Shown here piece after piece: positions 53,775 to 62,823 of a DNA stretch of 64,000 bases; within the stretch, counting starts at the first letter, position 1, and each line of letters opens with the position of its first letter. Where the stretch lies: NCBI GenBank assembly GCA_016932315.1, contig JAFGDD010000004.1, positions 125,466 to 189,465 of the forward strand. Reading direction: 5' to 3'. The notes under the pieces were generated by a model. The model did not search any database and was not told the DNA's origin. It saw only the letters and a program-made list of their open reading frames with translations. Source of the DNA: Candidatus Woesearchaeota archaeon (lineage in GTDB: Archaea; Nanobdellota; Nanobdellia; Woesearchaeales; SM23-78). The translations under genes and the position numbers were made by a program.

Positions 53775-54677
53775 ATGGAAATAACAATGCTGGGCACTAG
53801 CTGTATGGTGCCTACTAAAGAAAGGAATGTGCAAGGAATATTTGTAGACTTCAAAGGAGATGGTTTGCTGTTCGACTGCGGCGAAGGAACCCAAAGGCAG
53901 ATGAATATTGCAGGCATCAACAGGAACAGGATTAGGAAGATATTCATAACTCACTGGCACGGAGACCATGTTGCAGGATTGATCGGGTTATTGCAGACCA
54001 TAAGCAATAATGAGAATCCTCAGAAAGTAATGCTCTTTGGACCAAGGGATACCAAGGAGAGGATTGCTCATCTCATGAGGAGCGTGAGCTTTGAAGATAA
54101 TCGAATGGAGCTCGAAGTCAAAGAGATTAATCCGAATGGTGTTGAAAAGGTTTCTGAAGCAGAAGAATATTATGTTGAAGCAGCTTATCTTGACCACAAA
54201 ATACCATGCCTAGGCTATTCTTTAGTTGAGAAGGACAAGCGCAAGATAAACATGGCAAAAGCAAAAAAGCTTGGCTTACGCGAAGGGCCGCTCATAGGAA
54301 AACTACAGGCAGGCCACAGCGTGAATTTTAAGGGAGCAACCATAACGCCTGACGATGTCTCGCACATAGAGAAAGGAAAGAAGATAGCAATAATACTTGA
54401 CACTTTGCCGTGCAAGAACGCTTATGACTTAGCAAAAGAAGCAGACTTGCTGATTGCAGAATCAGCCTACACTTCTGATTTAGAAGAGAAGTCACTAGAG
54501 TACAAGCACATGACTACAAAGCATGCTGCACTCATAGCCACGACTGCAAATGTGAAGAAGCTAATAATCACTCATTTCTCGCAAAGATACAAGACTGCCA
54601 AGGAATTAGAGGAGGAAATCAAGACTTTCTTCCCTAACAGCCAGGCAGCTTTTGATTTCATGAAGATAAAATTATAA
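53775..54677 (+). CDS. rnz: Ribonuclease Z (tRNA 3'-processing endonuclease); the ORF-track start at 53346 is over-extended
   Basis: MEITMLGTSCMVPTKERN...LFDCGEGTQRQ...IFITHWHGDHVAGL are classic RNase Z motifs. The upstream 143 codons overlap endA antisense and look non-coding. Confidence 0.8.
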   Translation: MEITMLGTSCMVPTKERNVQGIFVDFKGDGLLFDCGEGTQRQMNIAGINRNRIRKIFITHWHGDHVAGLIGLLQTISNNENPQKVMLFGPRDTKERIAHLMRSVSFEDNRMELEVKEINPNGVEKVSEAEEYYVEAAYLDHKIPCLGYSLVEKDKRKINMAKAKKLGLREGPLIGKLQAGHSVNFKGATITPDDVSHIEKGKKIAIILDTLPCKNAYDLAKEADLLIAESAYTSDLEEKSLEYKHMTTKHAALIATTANVKKLIITHFSQRYKTAKELEEEIKTFFPNSQAAFDFMKIKL

Positions 54678-54687
54678 AATTACAAGA

Positions 54688-56223
54688 TTAATCTTTATTA
54701 TCTTTCTTTTTTGGGAATTCTTCTCCGTTCCAGCAGTAAAGGCACAACTTCTCTCGTGGCAAGCCAATAGCTTTTATCATATCGTCGAGGCGTTGATACC
54801 TGAGTGAAGCAACGTGCTTTAGCTCTTTGCGGATTATCTCAACCATTTGTTTGTATTTTTCAGAATCAGGGTTTAGGTATTCACTCACATCATCAATGTT
54901 TTTTCCTTCAATCTCTTTAATAGCTCTCCTAGCAGCCAGTTCATCCATGGTCCTGGTGGAAATATTATACTTGCAAGGCCACATCAAAGGAGGGCAGGCA
55001 GGCCTCACATGTATGCGCCCTAAATCTATCCCTTCAATCTTTGCAACGCTGTAAAGAACGTCAAGATATTCCCTTAATTGCGTTGCCCTGACAATAGAAT
55101 CTTCTGTCAATATAAAATCAGGCTTTTGAAGCAGCTCAAGAATAGGCACAAGTTTTTTCTTTGCAATCTGCTTCCTGATTTTATCATCTGTCGGAGTGTA
55201 ACTCCTTCCATAAGTAGGATCATACTTCAATATTGCTCTCATAAAAGGGATGATCGAACTCAATGCTTCTTTAACAAGATGGCTTAATTGATTGGCATCA
55301 ATATCTTTTTTCTCAAACCTGCTAAAAGCTTCATCAGTTTTTTCCTTTGCAATATTAATAGTCTCATTAGCATAGCCAATGGCATGAGCAGTGCCTGAAT
55401 TAGGGATGCCTCCTACAAAAGAAGCTTTCACATCATCCCTCCTTGCAAGCGCAGCTCCGCAATTGTACCTCGCCAGCTCTGCGCGAATGCCTTCATAGCT
55501 GGAAGCAGGAAAGCCAGTGTAAATCCAGAGAAATGCGCAGATTTGCTTGATATTATCTCCAAGAGATTTTTGCACAAGTCCGGACTCTTCGATTTTGATT
55601 ATCTCTCTTGGCTGAATATTCTTGTAGATGTGAAAACCAAGATTAGAAAAAGCAGTTGTTTCAGAAGCAACAGCCCATGAATTTTCTTTTTTTCCAATGA
55701 ACAAAGGAAACCTGTCACTGGCAGCATAAATTCCTTCTCTAGTCAGCATCACAAGAGAAACAGAGCCATCAATCTTCGCATACATTTTTTCAATCCCATC
55801 AACAATGCTATCGCCCTGATTAATCAGGTTCGCCAATACCTCAACTGTGTTGTGCCTGCCACCTTTCATCCGCTCATTAAAAGCAACTCCTTTGCTCTTT
55901 AATTCAGAGGCAATCTCCTCAGCATTATTTATTGCGCCATCTATGCACACAGCAAAATTACCTACCTTGCCGTCAAGAGTTACAGGCTGCTCTTCCTTCG
56001 GGCTAATGACACCGATGCCATAATTAGTGCTAATCCTTCTAAGATACTCAGAAAACTTTCCCTTGAACTGGGTCTCGCTGATATCCTTAATCCTCTTGTC
56101 AATCCCGCCGTCTGACAAGAAAGCAACTCCGCCGTACTTTGGTCCGCGATGAGTATGATAATCAATCCCATAGAATAAATCGTTAAAACAATTCTTATTT
56201 GAAACAACACCAAATAAGCTCAT
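54688..56223 (-). CDS. Amidophosphoribosyltransferase (PurF)-like protein with the N-terminal nucleophile Cys replaced by Ser
   Basis: - **Ntn-glutaminase-like N-domain:** LFYGIDYHTHRGPKYGG (PurF IYDGLTALQHRGQESAG) and GSVSLVMLTREGIYAASDRFPLFIGK.
- **Type-I PRTase motif:** FILTEDSIVRATQ.
- **Nucleophile substitution:** the protein starts MSLFGV where PurF has MCGIVG. Confidence 0.6.
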   Translation of the reverse strand: MSLFGVVSNKNCFNDLFYGIDYHTHRGPKYGGVAFLSDGGIDKRIKDISETQFKGKFSEYLRRISTNYGIGVISPKEEQPVTLDGKVGNFAVCIDGAINNAEEIASELKSKGVAFNERMKGGRHNTVEVLANLINQGDSIVDGIEKMYAKIDGSVSLVMLTREGIYAASDRFPLFIGKKENSWAVASETTAFSNLGFHIYKNIQPREIIKIEESGLVQKSLGDNIKQICAFLWIYTGFPASSYEGIRAELARYNCGAALARRDDVKASFVGGIPNSGTAHAIGYANETINIAKEKTDEAFSRFEKKDIDANQLSHLVKEALSSIIPFMRAILKYDPTYGRSYTPTDDKIRKQIAKKKLVPILELLQKPDFILTEDSIVRATQLREYLDVLYSVAKIEGIDLGRIHVRPACPPLMWPCKYNISTRTMDELAARRAIKEIEGKNIDDVSEYLNPDSEKYKQMVEIIRKELKHVASLRYQRLDDMIKAIGLPREKLCLYCWNGEEFPKKKDNKD

Positions 56224-56252
56224 CTTACATCATACCCCTTCTAATTAAAGAA

Positions 56253-56468
56253 TCACTGACCCTTGCTAGCCAGCTTGATATCCTCTGATTTTATCGTGCT
56301 CCTCCTCGCATGCCTGCTAAGCTCATCAGCCTTCTTGCTGACCTTTTCTGCATAGTCCTCGAGCACGTCGCGCAAAGCCTCCTTAGCATCCTCACCGACA
56401 CGATAAGCGCCGGCATTCTTCATCAGCTTTTCCATAGCCAACAACGACAAAATCTTCCCCTTAGCCAT
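56253..56468 (-). CDS. Archaeal histone (HMf-like histone fold)
   Basis: 71 aa. AGAYRVGEDAKEALRDVLEDYAEKVSKKADELSRHARRSTIKSEDIKLA aligns with HMfB (RVSDDARIALAKVLEE...AGRKTIKAEDIELA). Confidence 0.8.
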   Translation of the reverse strand: MAKGKILSLLAMEKLMKNAGAYRVGEDAKEALRDVLEDYAEKVSKKADELSRHARRSTIKSEDIKLASKGQ

Positions 56469-56520
56469 GAGAAAAGACTAATATTTGCTTTTTATAAAGT
56501 TATTGTTTAGAATTATTTTT

Positions 56521-57504
56521 TTACTCCGGCTCAAGTTGCGGGATAAATGTTACCTTATCTTCCTGTATCATCACAGCAGTCTTATAGCTCTTTATTATGT
56601 CAAGAAATTCTTCTCTTATTCTGCTCATAACCTGATTGTATTCTTCGAGATTAGGAATTTCCATCTCTATTTCTATCTCCCAAGGGCCTATGCACCTTAC
56701 CACGTTAAGAGTTGGCTCTAATGATAAACAATAATTGATAAGTTGTTTCTCTCTTTGCTCATTTGTGTTCTTTAATGATATGAATGTTTTTACAAATTCC
56801 CTGCCGTATTTTTTAGGGTCTATGCCGAGTTTGTAGTGTAGTATGATTTTTTCTTTTTCCATTTTTCTTATTTGATACCTCACTATTTGGAGAGTTGACT
56901 TTATTTCCTTGGCGATTTCCGTGTAGCTTTTTCTTGAATCATTGGCAATTATCCTAAGAATTTCATAATCTATCTTATTCATGCTTCTTTTTTCTGTTTC
57001 CCCTCCAGTATTGGTTATTTTTTCCTCGATTGCTTTTTTCTCTAAGAACCAGCTTCGATTCCTTTGAAAGTTATCCAATGTTATTGAAGTTTCTTTTTCA
57101 GAGATGTATTTGGAGAACTTATTCATGAATTTAACTAAGAAATTCTTGTTGAATTCATGATGATTCCTCGCCCATATTCCGATCATCATTTCTAATGTTC
57201 CTGTGCTGGAGGCCACCCAGAACACCATTTTATTCTCTTTCAGGAATGCTATCATCTTGTCATGCGTTTTTTTATCCATGTCTTGGAAGTTCAGGTATAG
57301 CTTGAAAGCCACAAAGCCAAATTTGTTTGGGTTTATGATGGTGTAGAATTGGGCGATGTATTTCTTTTTATTCAGCCGGTTTATCCTGTAATTGATTACT
57401 TCCTTGCTCGTCTTCAGTTTTTTTGCAAGCTTGCTGTAGCTTATGCTGCTGTTAAGGTCGAGCGCGAATAGTATTTTCGTGTCCAGCAGGTCAAGATCTT
57501 TCAT
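56521..57504 (-). CDS. Lrp/AsnC-family transcriptional regulator with duplicated HTH-RAM modules (tandem Lrp)
   Basis: Two AsnC-type HTH segments (LDTKILFALDLNSSISYSKLAKKLKTSKEVINYRINRL and IDYEILRIIANDSRKSYTEIAKEIKSTLQIVRYQIRKM), each followed by a RAM-like domain. Confidence 0.7.
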   Translation of the reverse strand: MKDLDLLDTKILFALDLNSSISYSKLAKKLKTSKEVINYRINRLNKKKYIAQFYTIINPNKFGFVAFKLYLNFQDMDKKTHDKMIAFLKENKMVFWVASSTGTLEMMIGIWARNHHEFNKNFLVKFMNKFSKYISEKETSITLDNFQRNRSWFLEKKAIEEKITNTGGETEKRSMNKIDYEILRIIANDSRKSYTEIAKEIKSTLQIVRYQIRKMEKEKIILHYKLGIDPKKYGREFVKTFISLKNTNEQREKQLINYCLSLEPTLNVVRCIGPWEIEIEMEIPNLEEYNQVMSRIREEFLDIIKSYKTAVMIQEDKVTFIPQLEPE

Positions 57505-57535
57505 ATTATTGTCTTTATTATATTCTATATTTAAA

Positions 57536-57586
57536 TTTTATTAATTTGATAAAAATATTAATAGAAAGTTTTATTAATCTGATAAA
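57536..57586. promoter_or_regulatory. Two copies of an 18-nt AT-rich site (ttttattaatttgataaa and ttttattaatctgataaa) 33 nt apart, upstream of the Lrp-like gene
   Basis: Direct repeat with one mismatch, seen in the sequence. It is located 32-82 nt upstream of the minus-strand ATG at 57504 and is compatible with an Lrp-type autoregulatory operator. Confidence 0.35.
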
Positions 57587-57608
57587 TAATACTACTGGGT
57601 GATAGCAA

Positions 57609-58133
57609 ATGAGAGGTGAAACGATGGAATCGGACTTGGAAAAAAGAACAATGGAACTGGCTAAACAAGTTATTCTTTGCTCCAGAGCAGGATTCAAAGA
57701 ATACAAGGAATGGTTTGCTGACAAGACCAAGGGCAAGAACCTTTACACCAATGAAATTGAGGGAGCGGCCTTTGCATATTTATTATTTAAGCGGTTAGAT
57801 TATAGTGCTTCTGCCTTTCTTTTTGGCTGCCCCGCAACATTGAGAGAATTAAATGATGCATCATCATCAACAGTGTCGGAAATGATCTGTGATGTAAGCA
57901 GAAAGGTTGCCTGGCATATCACACTAAAAGAAAATGCAAAAAAACCTTTTTGGAAACGCATCCTCTATGATCATGATTCGACGCTTAGAGCAGATGACGT
58001 TCCAGAAGAGAGGAAAGATGCTTACCAGGCTACCGGGATAAGAATTTATGATGAGCTCCGTTTGAGATTAAAAAAAATGTATGCGGCGTTTTATGCAGAG
58101 CCAAGAAAGAGGAAGTGTAACAATGGACATTAA
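57609..58133 (+). CDS. Hypothetical protein
   Basis: 174-aa ORF. No motif. Confidence 0.35.
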   Translation: MRGETMESDLEKRTMELAKQVILCSRAGFKEYKEWFADKTKGKNLYTNEIEGAAFAYLLFKRLDYSASAFLFGCPATLRELNDASSSTVSEMICDVSRKVAWHITLKENAKKPFWKRILYDHDSTLRADDVPEERKDAYQATGIRIYDELRLRLKKMYAAFYAEPRKRKCNNGH

Positions 58134-58554
58134 AAAACCAGATGATGAAGAATTAAAAGAATTGAACGCTTTAAGAAGGGATGCGGAGAAATACAGGAAT
58201 ATTAAACTTTACACAAAAACGTTCTTAGCCGCATTTGGCTACTTGTTTGGCGCATTTGCACTTGCTTATAGCATTTCTTCTGCACCAAAAGACATATCAA
58301 GCCACGTAAAACATGCACAGCAACGAAGGATTCAGAGCGAAATTAGCCAAGGAATAGACGCGAGAGTTATAGGCGATATAATTTGTTTTCATGGCGGCAC
58401 TAAACTGATGAGTGTCAAGGATTTTGATATTGATGGCATAAAAGACATGTATTTCACTTGCAGGGATGGCGTAACTTATGCAAAGCTATCCTCAAAACAA
58501 CCAACTGACAGCCTTGAAGCCAGGTTTTACAGGTTAAGCGAATCCAAAAAATAA
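58123..58554 (+). CDS. Hypothetical single-pass membrane protein (start taken at MDIKK rather than the ORF-track 58081)
   Basis: TM segment FLAAFGYLFGAFALAYSI. Starting at the internal Met reduces the out-of-frame overlap with the upstream gene to 11 nt. Confidence 0.35.
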   Translation: MDIKKPDDEELKELNALRRDAEKYRNIKLYTKTFLAAFGYLFGAFALAYSISSAPKDISSHVKHAQQRRIQSEISQGIDARVIGDIICFHGGTKLMSVKDFDIDGIKDMYFTCRDGVTYAKLSSKQPTDSLEARFYRLSESKK

Positions 58555-58578
58555 TTGAATCCAAAAAATAATTTTTAG

Positions 58579-58598
58579 CGATTTTCTGACGAAAATCG
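58579..58598. promoter_or_regulatory. Perfect 8-bp hairpin cgattttc-tgac-gaaaatcg upstream of hjc, preceded by a 2 x 17-nt tandem repeat (gaatccaaaaaataatt, 58540-58573)
   Basis: Inverted and tandem repeats read directly from the sequence. Confidence 0.25.
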
Positions 58599-58634
58599 GT
58601 AGATGTAGGAATTTATTTAAACTCGCACAGCATA

Positions 58635-59048
58635 ATGTATTTCATGGCAGTAGGTTTCGGCGGTCGCAAGAGCAAGGGCAGCAAGGCAGAGCGCGAGTTA
58701 ATTCATCTTTTCTGGGCGCATGGTTTTGCAGCTATGAGGGCAGCTGGCAGCGGCAGTATGCAGCATCCCAGCCCTGATGTTATCGCGAGCAACGGAAGGG
58801 TTTCTTTTGCCATTGAGTGCAAAGCCAGCGCTGATCCTGTCAAGTACATTGAAAAGGACAAAGTCAACCAGCTTGACTTGTTTGCGAATTCTTTCGGTGC
58901 AAGAGCATTTGTTGCTCTGCGCTTTGATAATGAGAAATGGTTCTTTCTCCGACTAACTGACTTGAAAATCACAAAAGAAAGCTATTCTGTAAGCTTAGAG
59001 TTAGCCAAGGAGAAAGGGTTGAGCTTTGAAGAATTGATTGGGAAATGA
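58635..59048 (+). CDS. hjc: Holliday junction resolvase Hjc
   Basis: GSKAERELIHLFWAHGFAAMRAAGSG...PDVIASNG...FAIECKAS matches the Hjc PD-(D/E)xK core (E-x-x-...-D-...-E-x-K). Confidence 0.75.
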   Translation: MYFMAVGFGGRKSKGSKAERELIHLFWAHGFAAMRAAGSGSMQHPSPDVIASNGRVSFAIECKASADPVKYIEKDKVNQLDLFANSFGARAFVALRFDNEKWFFLRLTDLKITKESYSVSLELAKEKGLSFEELIGK

Positions 59049-60327
59049 AACATTTTATATAGTCTTTACTTCAGTAATTGCCCGTATGCTCAGTCCATCT
59101 GAATCTGATAAATTAATGTCAGAATTAGAAGATTACTCATCGTGGCGATGGAAGAATGAATCAGGAAAGTCTGAGAATTATAAGCGAGTAAGAGATATTC
59201 TACGTGAATTGTTGCACGACAAAAACCCGGATGCGCTTCATCAATCTGAAAAAATACTAAATTGGCTTACGCAACTTGCCAAAAAATTCAAAGAGCAAGG
59301 CCACAATGATGCTTCTAAGGAAATCATGTTTTTGGTGGCTGAAATGAGCAAATTAAAAGATCCAAGGGAACTGCCTAATAAAGAAGCTTTAGACCTTGCC
59401 AACTATATTATGAGCCAAGACCATGTCTACATTCATGGATTTAGCTTGCCGATGGGGGTTAGTTTGGGGGCATTGAGCTATCCATCCAATGACTATTGGA
59501 AGCATATCATGAGCAATGCTGCTGACTGGCAGGGGAAGACAAAGGAAGATTGGGTGACTTTCAAAGCCCAAAAAATCGCATCTGTACTGAATTCCTATTT
59601 AAGCAAGGGGATTTTCGGGTTTTTGAACATGATTATTATAAGGAATAATTTGCTTACTCCTGAAGAGATTTTTGAGGCAGAAGAGACCATTGAAGGGCCT
59701 CTCATGACTATATTTCCTATTTTTGTTGTGAGATGCAAAGAGACAGCTAAATTCCTTGCTGAATTCGGATTATCATCTTTCCTAAAAAACAGGAATCAAG
59801 ATAGGATAAGGCTCACTCCTGTTTTTGAGAAAAAATATGGTTCAAATCCTGCACTGGTGAGAAAAATATTGAAGTCAATATCTTTTGTTATTCATGAGCA
59901 AAACCTCAAAATTGACGATAATGGCTATCTTAATGATAGTTCGGCAGGATCTTATTATAAGGCTTATGTGAGCACTGATAAACTAGAGAGGCACTTTTCA
60001 GCGCAGGGTGTTCCTAAATTCCAGGATTCCGATGGCGCGTGGAGTGGAACCTGGGTTGCCATAATTGATCCAAAATGGGCGGACAGTCGTTGTAGGCAAG
60101 TAGATGTAGATAACGACAGAGACTACCTAATGCAAAGTGTTCCAGCCAGAGCAATTTTGGGATTTTTGTGCACCGAACAGATGAATGACTCTGACAAGCT
60201 GGAACCTAACTATTCAGACAGATTAGAACGTGTTGCTAAGCTATTGATAAGACAGGTGCCAATTTTTCAAGGACTAAATTTTGGTATGGCAGATCTTCTT
60301 TATCCGTCAATAAGTGAGAAAAAATAA
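59038..60327 (+). CDS. Hypothetical protein
   Basis: 429-aa ORF with coding-like composition. No motif. Confidence 0.4.
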   Translation: MGNETFYIVFTSVIARMLSPSESDKLMSELEDYSSWRWKNESGKSENYKRVRDILRELLHDKNPDALHQSEKILNWLTQLAKKFKEQGHNDASKEIMFLVAEMSKLKDPRELPNKEALDLANYIMSQDHVYIHGFSLPMGVSLGALSYPSNDYWKHIMSNAADWQGKTKEDWVTFKAQKIASVLNSYLSKGIFGFLNMIIIRNNLLTPEEIFEAEETIEGPLMTIFPIFVVRCKETAKFLAEFGLSSFLKNRNQDRIRLTPVFEKKYGSNPALVRKILKSISFVIHEQNLKIDDNGYLNDSSAGSYYKAYVSTDKLERHFSAQGVPKFQDSDGAWSGTWVAIIDPKWADSRCRQVDVDNDRDYLMQSVPARAILGFLCTEQMNDSDKLEPNYSDRLERVAKLLIRQVPIFQGLNFGMADLLYPSISEKK

Positions 60328-60332
60328 GGGTG

Positions 60333-60971
60333 CTATCTCAGCATCATCTGCTTCTCTTCCAGGTACTTCATCTGCGGCTTGAACACGTAGCTTGTGTGCT
60401 GGTCAAAGTATCCGCACATGAAGTGGTCGAGTGGTATGCCTGTTCTTTTGCTCAGCATGATTGCGTAGAAATATACTTGCGTGGATGCATACTTCTCCAT
60501 TTCAGCATTGGGTTTATAATCCCATATCCAGAGCTTGTCATCTTCTAATCTCAGAACGTCAATGTGCCCGGATAATGGTTCTTTGCTGGCGAACAATTCC
60601 TCGAATTTTTTTCCAAGTTCTTCTGCCTGCAGCCAGATAGGAACTTCTATCCCAATGGTTTTATTATCATAGCTTAGCATGAATACTTGCACGTTGCTGT
60701 GGTTGTTATCAAACTGGTCCCATTCTAACCCTTGCTTTGCAAGCACGCTTACTTCATGATTATCAATTTGCCTTGGCTTTATTCCGAGATTGAACCTTAA
60801 TTTGCTGCTTCTTGGACCTGTGATGAACGGTTCCCGCGGGCACTTGTCAAAAACTTCTCCAAGGTATTTGTGCAACCCAGTGTAGCCATTGCCTTTCAAT
60901 AAGTCAAGCTTTTCATTGTGAAGCCTGTAATGATACCACCATCCATGGTCAAGAGAAACGTGTCTTATCAT
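60333..60971 (-). CDS. Hypothetical protein with a PD-(D/E)xK-like motif
   Basis: GHIDVLRLEDDKLWIWDYKP fits a hhD...hhhD-x-K nuclease motif. Otherwise unassigned. Confidence 0.35.
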   Translation of the reverse strand: MIRHVSLDHGWWYHYRLHNEKLDLLKGNGYTGLHKYLGEVFDKCPREPFITGPRSSKLRFNLGIKPRQIDNHEVSVLAKQGLEWDQFDNNHSNVQVFMLSYDNKTIGIEVPIWLQAEELGKKFEELFASKEPLSGHIDVLRLEDDKLWIWDYKPNAEMEKYASTQVYFYAIMLSKRTGIPLDHFMCGYFDQHTSYVFKPQMKYLEEKQMMLR

Positions 60972-61040
60972 AGTAACATCACACCAAAAACAACTCAGAC
61001 GGAATAAGTTATAAAAAATAAAAAATTGAAATGAAAAAGC

Positions 61041-61256
61041 TTACTTCCTCTTTTTGAGCATCTTCTCTATCTTTAGCTCCTCTGCCTCTATCTTGCTTTC
61101 CTCAGAGGCGACTCGCTCAACAATTCTCTCAAGGTTAATATCTATTTTTGCTATCCTCCTCTCAAGCAGCACCAGTATCCTCAAGCTGTAAACAATAGCT
61201 GCCAGTGTGCCGATAATAATCGCGAGTATGATTGTATCCATTGCCATTTTGACCAC
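61041..61256 (-). CDS. Small membrane-anchored coiled-coil protein
   Basis: TM segment TIILAIIIGTLAAIVYSL followed by charged heptads. Confidence 0.35.
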   Translation of the reverse strand: MVKMAMDTIILAIIIGTLAAIVYSLRILVLLERRIAKIDINLERIVERVASEESKIEAEELKIEKMLKKRK

Positions 61257-61348
61257 TCCACCTCTTTTTTTATTATACTGAATATCTTATGTTAAAGTCT
61301 TATCTTGCTAGGTTTAAATATTTTGTCTTTTTAGAAGGGAACTAAAAA

Positions 61349-62293
61349 TCAGTTCTTACTAAACCATTCCACGAACTTCTGCATTCCTTCTTCGATGCTT
61401 GTCTCTGGCTTATATCCCAGTAGCTTCTGTGCTTTTCTTATGTTTGCATAGGTGATGTCAACATCTCCTGCTTGCATGGGTTTTTGCTCTATTATTGCTT
61501 TCTTGCCAGTAACTTTCTCAATTACTTCAATGAACTTGTTAAGCTCAACAGGCTTGTTGTTACCAAGATTGATAATCTCATAGCCTAGCTCTGCGTCGAC
61601 AGCAGCAATCACTCCCTTGACAATGTCTGCAATGTATGTGTAATCTCTCTTGGTTTTTCCGTCGCCAAACTTTTGTATCGGTTGGCTGTTCATTATTGCT
61701 TTGGTGAACTTGTAAGGAGCCATGTCAGGCCTGCCTCTCGGGCCGTAAACAGTGAAGAATCTCAGGCAGGTTATTTTCATGTTGTAAAGGTGATGATAAG
61801 CGTGGCACAATAATTCTCCTGCTTTCTTTGTCGCAGCATAAGGACTTATAGGATTATTTACGTCATCAGTTTCTGAGAACGGGATTTTCTTTTGGTTGCC
61901 GTAAACGCTGCTGCTGCTTGCAAATACAAAATTCTTAACCTTGTGCTCCTTGGCTAATTCAAGCAAGTGCAAAGTTCCTTTAACATTCACTTCCTCGTAA
62001 AGCAAAGGCTGCTCTATAGAAGGCCTCACGCCTGCTCTTGCAGCCAGATGAACTACTTTTTCTGGCTTCTCCTTTTCAAATATCTTCTTCAAGCCCTTGA
62101 GATTCCTTATATCTTCCTTGTAGAAAGCAAAGTTTTTGTTATTCTTTAGCACATCCAGATTCTTCTTCTTTATCCTGACATCATAGTAATCATTGAGCTC
62201 GTCAACGCCTACAATAGAATCTCCTCTGGCTATAAGAGCTTCGATCACATGGCTCCCAATAAAGCCTGCGCATCCTGTAACAAGTATTTTCAT
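61349..62293 (-). CDS. NAD-dependent sugar epimerase/dehydratase (UDP-glucuronate/UDP-glucose 4-epimerase-like SDR)
   Basis: Rossmann motif ILVTGCAGFIGSH, catalytic YAATK, extended SDR length. Confidence 0.85.
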   Translation of the reverse strand: MKILVTGCAGFIGSHVIEALIARGDSIVGVDELNDYYDVRIKKKNLDVLKNNKNFAFYKEDIRNLKGLKKIFEKEKPEKVVHLAARAGVRPSIEQPLLYEEVNVKGTLHLLELAKEHKVKNFVFASSSSVYGNQKKIPFSETDDVNNPISPYAATKKAGELLCHAYHHLYNMKITCLRFFTVYGPRGRPDMAPYKFTKAIMNSQPIQKFGDGKTKRDYTYIADIVKGVIAAVDAELGYEIINLGNNKPVELNKFIEVIEKVTGKKAIIEQKPMQAGDVDITYANIRKAQKLLGYKPETSIEEGMQKFVEWFSKN

Positions 62294-62344
62294 AACAACA
62301 GATTATGCATTCCTGTTTTTAAGCTTTGTTAAATTGGGTTCTAC

Positions 62345-62464
62345 TCGAAAAGTTGCCTTGCCCACCCCGAAGGGGGCGACCCCCGGTCAAACAGCCAGCA
62401 CAAGAACTCAACGCAAGCGTTTTCGTTCTTGTTGCAGTTGTTGGCTGTGGCAACTTTTCTCGAG
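62345..62464. repeat. GC-rich structured element 'B' (family A/B/C)
   Basis: 14-bp closing inverted repeat ctcgaaaagttgcc...ggcaacttttctcgag. Core gcccaccccgaagggggcgacccccggtcaaacagcc is nearly identical to element A. There is an internal second hairpin. Confidence 0.5.
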
Positions 62465-62541
62465 GCAAGACCATCAAAAAAGTTAAATTTATATATCGGT
62501 AATGCTTTTAATCACGCTATAAAGATTAAAGGTGGTATTCA

Positions 62542-62808
62542 ATGCTTAAAATGAAGAAAATATCCGAAACATTTGAGATGAAAGTGTTCACTGACTCTGG
62601 CGATTACTTCGGCGATGTTGAAGAGGCTATTCTTACGCAGAACAAAGTCTTTGGCTGGAGAGTAAGGGCTACCAAGAACAGCTTCCTGAACAAAGTGCTT
62701 GGCAGCGCAAAAGGAGTTATTGTACCACACCAGCTGGTTAAGAGCATGGGTGACATAATGATAATCAGCAAGTCAGCCGTGCCGAGCTATGGCCCAGAGG
62801 AAGAATAA
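62542..62808 (+). CDS. PRC-barrel domain protein (paralog of 26305-26568)
   Basis: GDYFGDVEEAILTQNKVFGWRV resembles the other PRC-barrel ORF. TATA-like tttatata and an aggtgg RBS lie upstream. Confidence 0.55.
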   Translation: MLKMKKISETFEMKVFTDSGDYFGDVEEAILTQNKVFGWRVRATKNSFLNKVLGSAKGVIVPHQLVKSMGDIMIISKSAVPSYGPEEE

Positions 62809-62823
62809 ATAAATAATTTTTTC

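Noticed and set aside
57609-58554. Possibility that 57609-58133 and 58081-58554 are one frameshifted gene
   Set aside because: The reading frames differ, and the downstream ORF has a plausible internal start (MDIKK, 58123) leaving only an 11-nt overlap. No shared domain spans the junction. They were kept as two genes, with low confidence.
59825-59850. tRNA T-loop-like string ggttcaaatcc
   Set aside because: It lies inside the 59038-60327 CDS, has no complementary T-stem flanks, and has no acceptor-stem pairing. It is a chance match.
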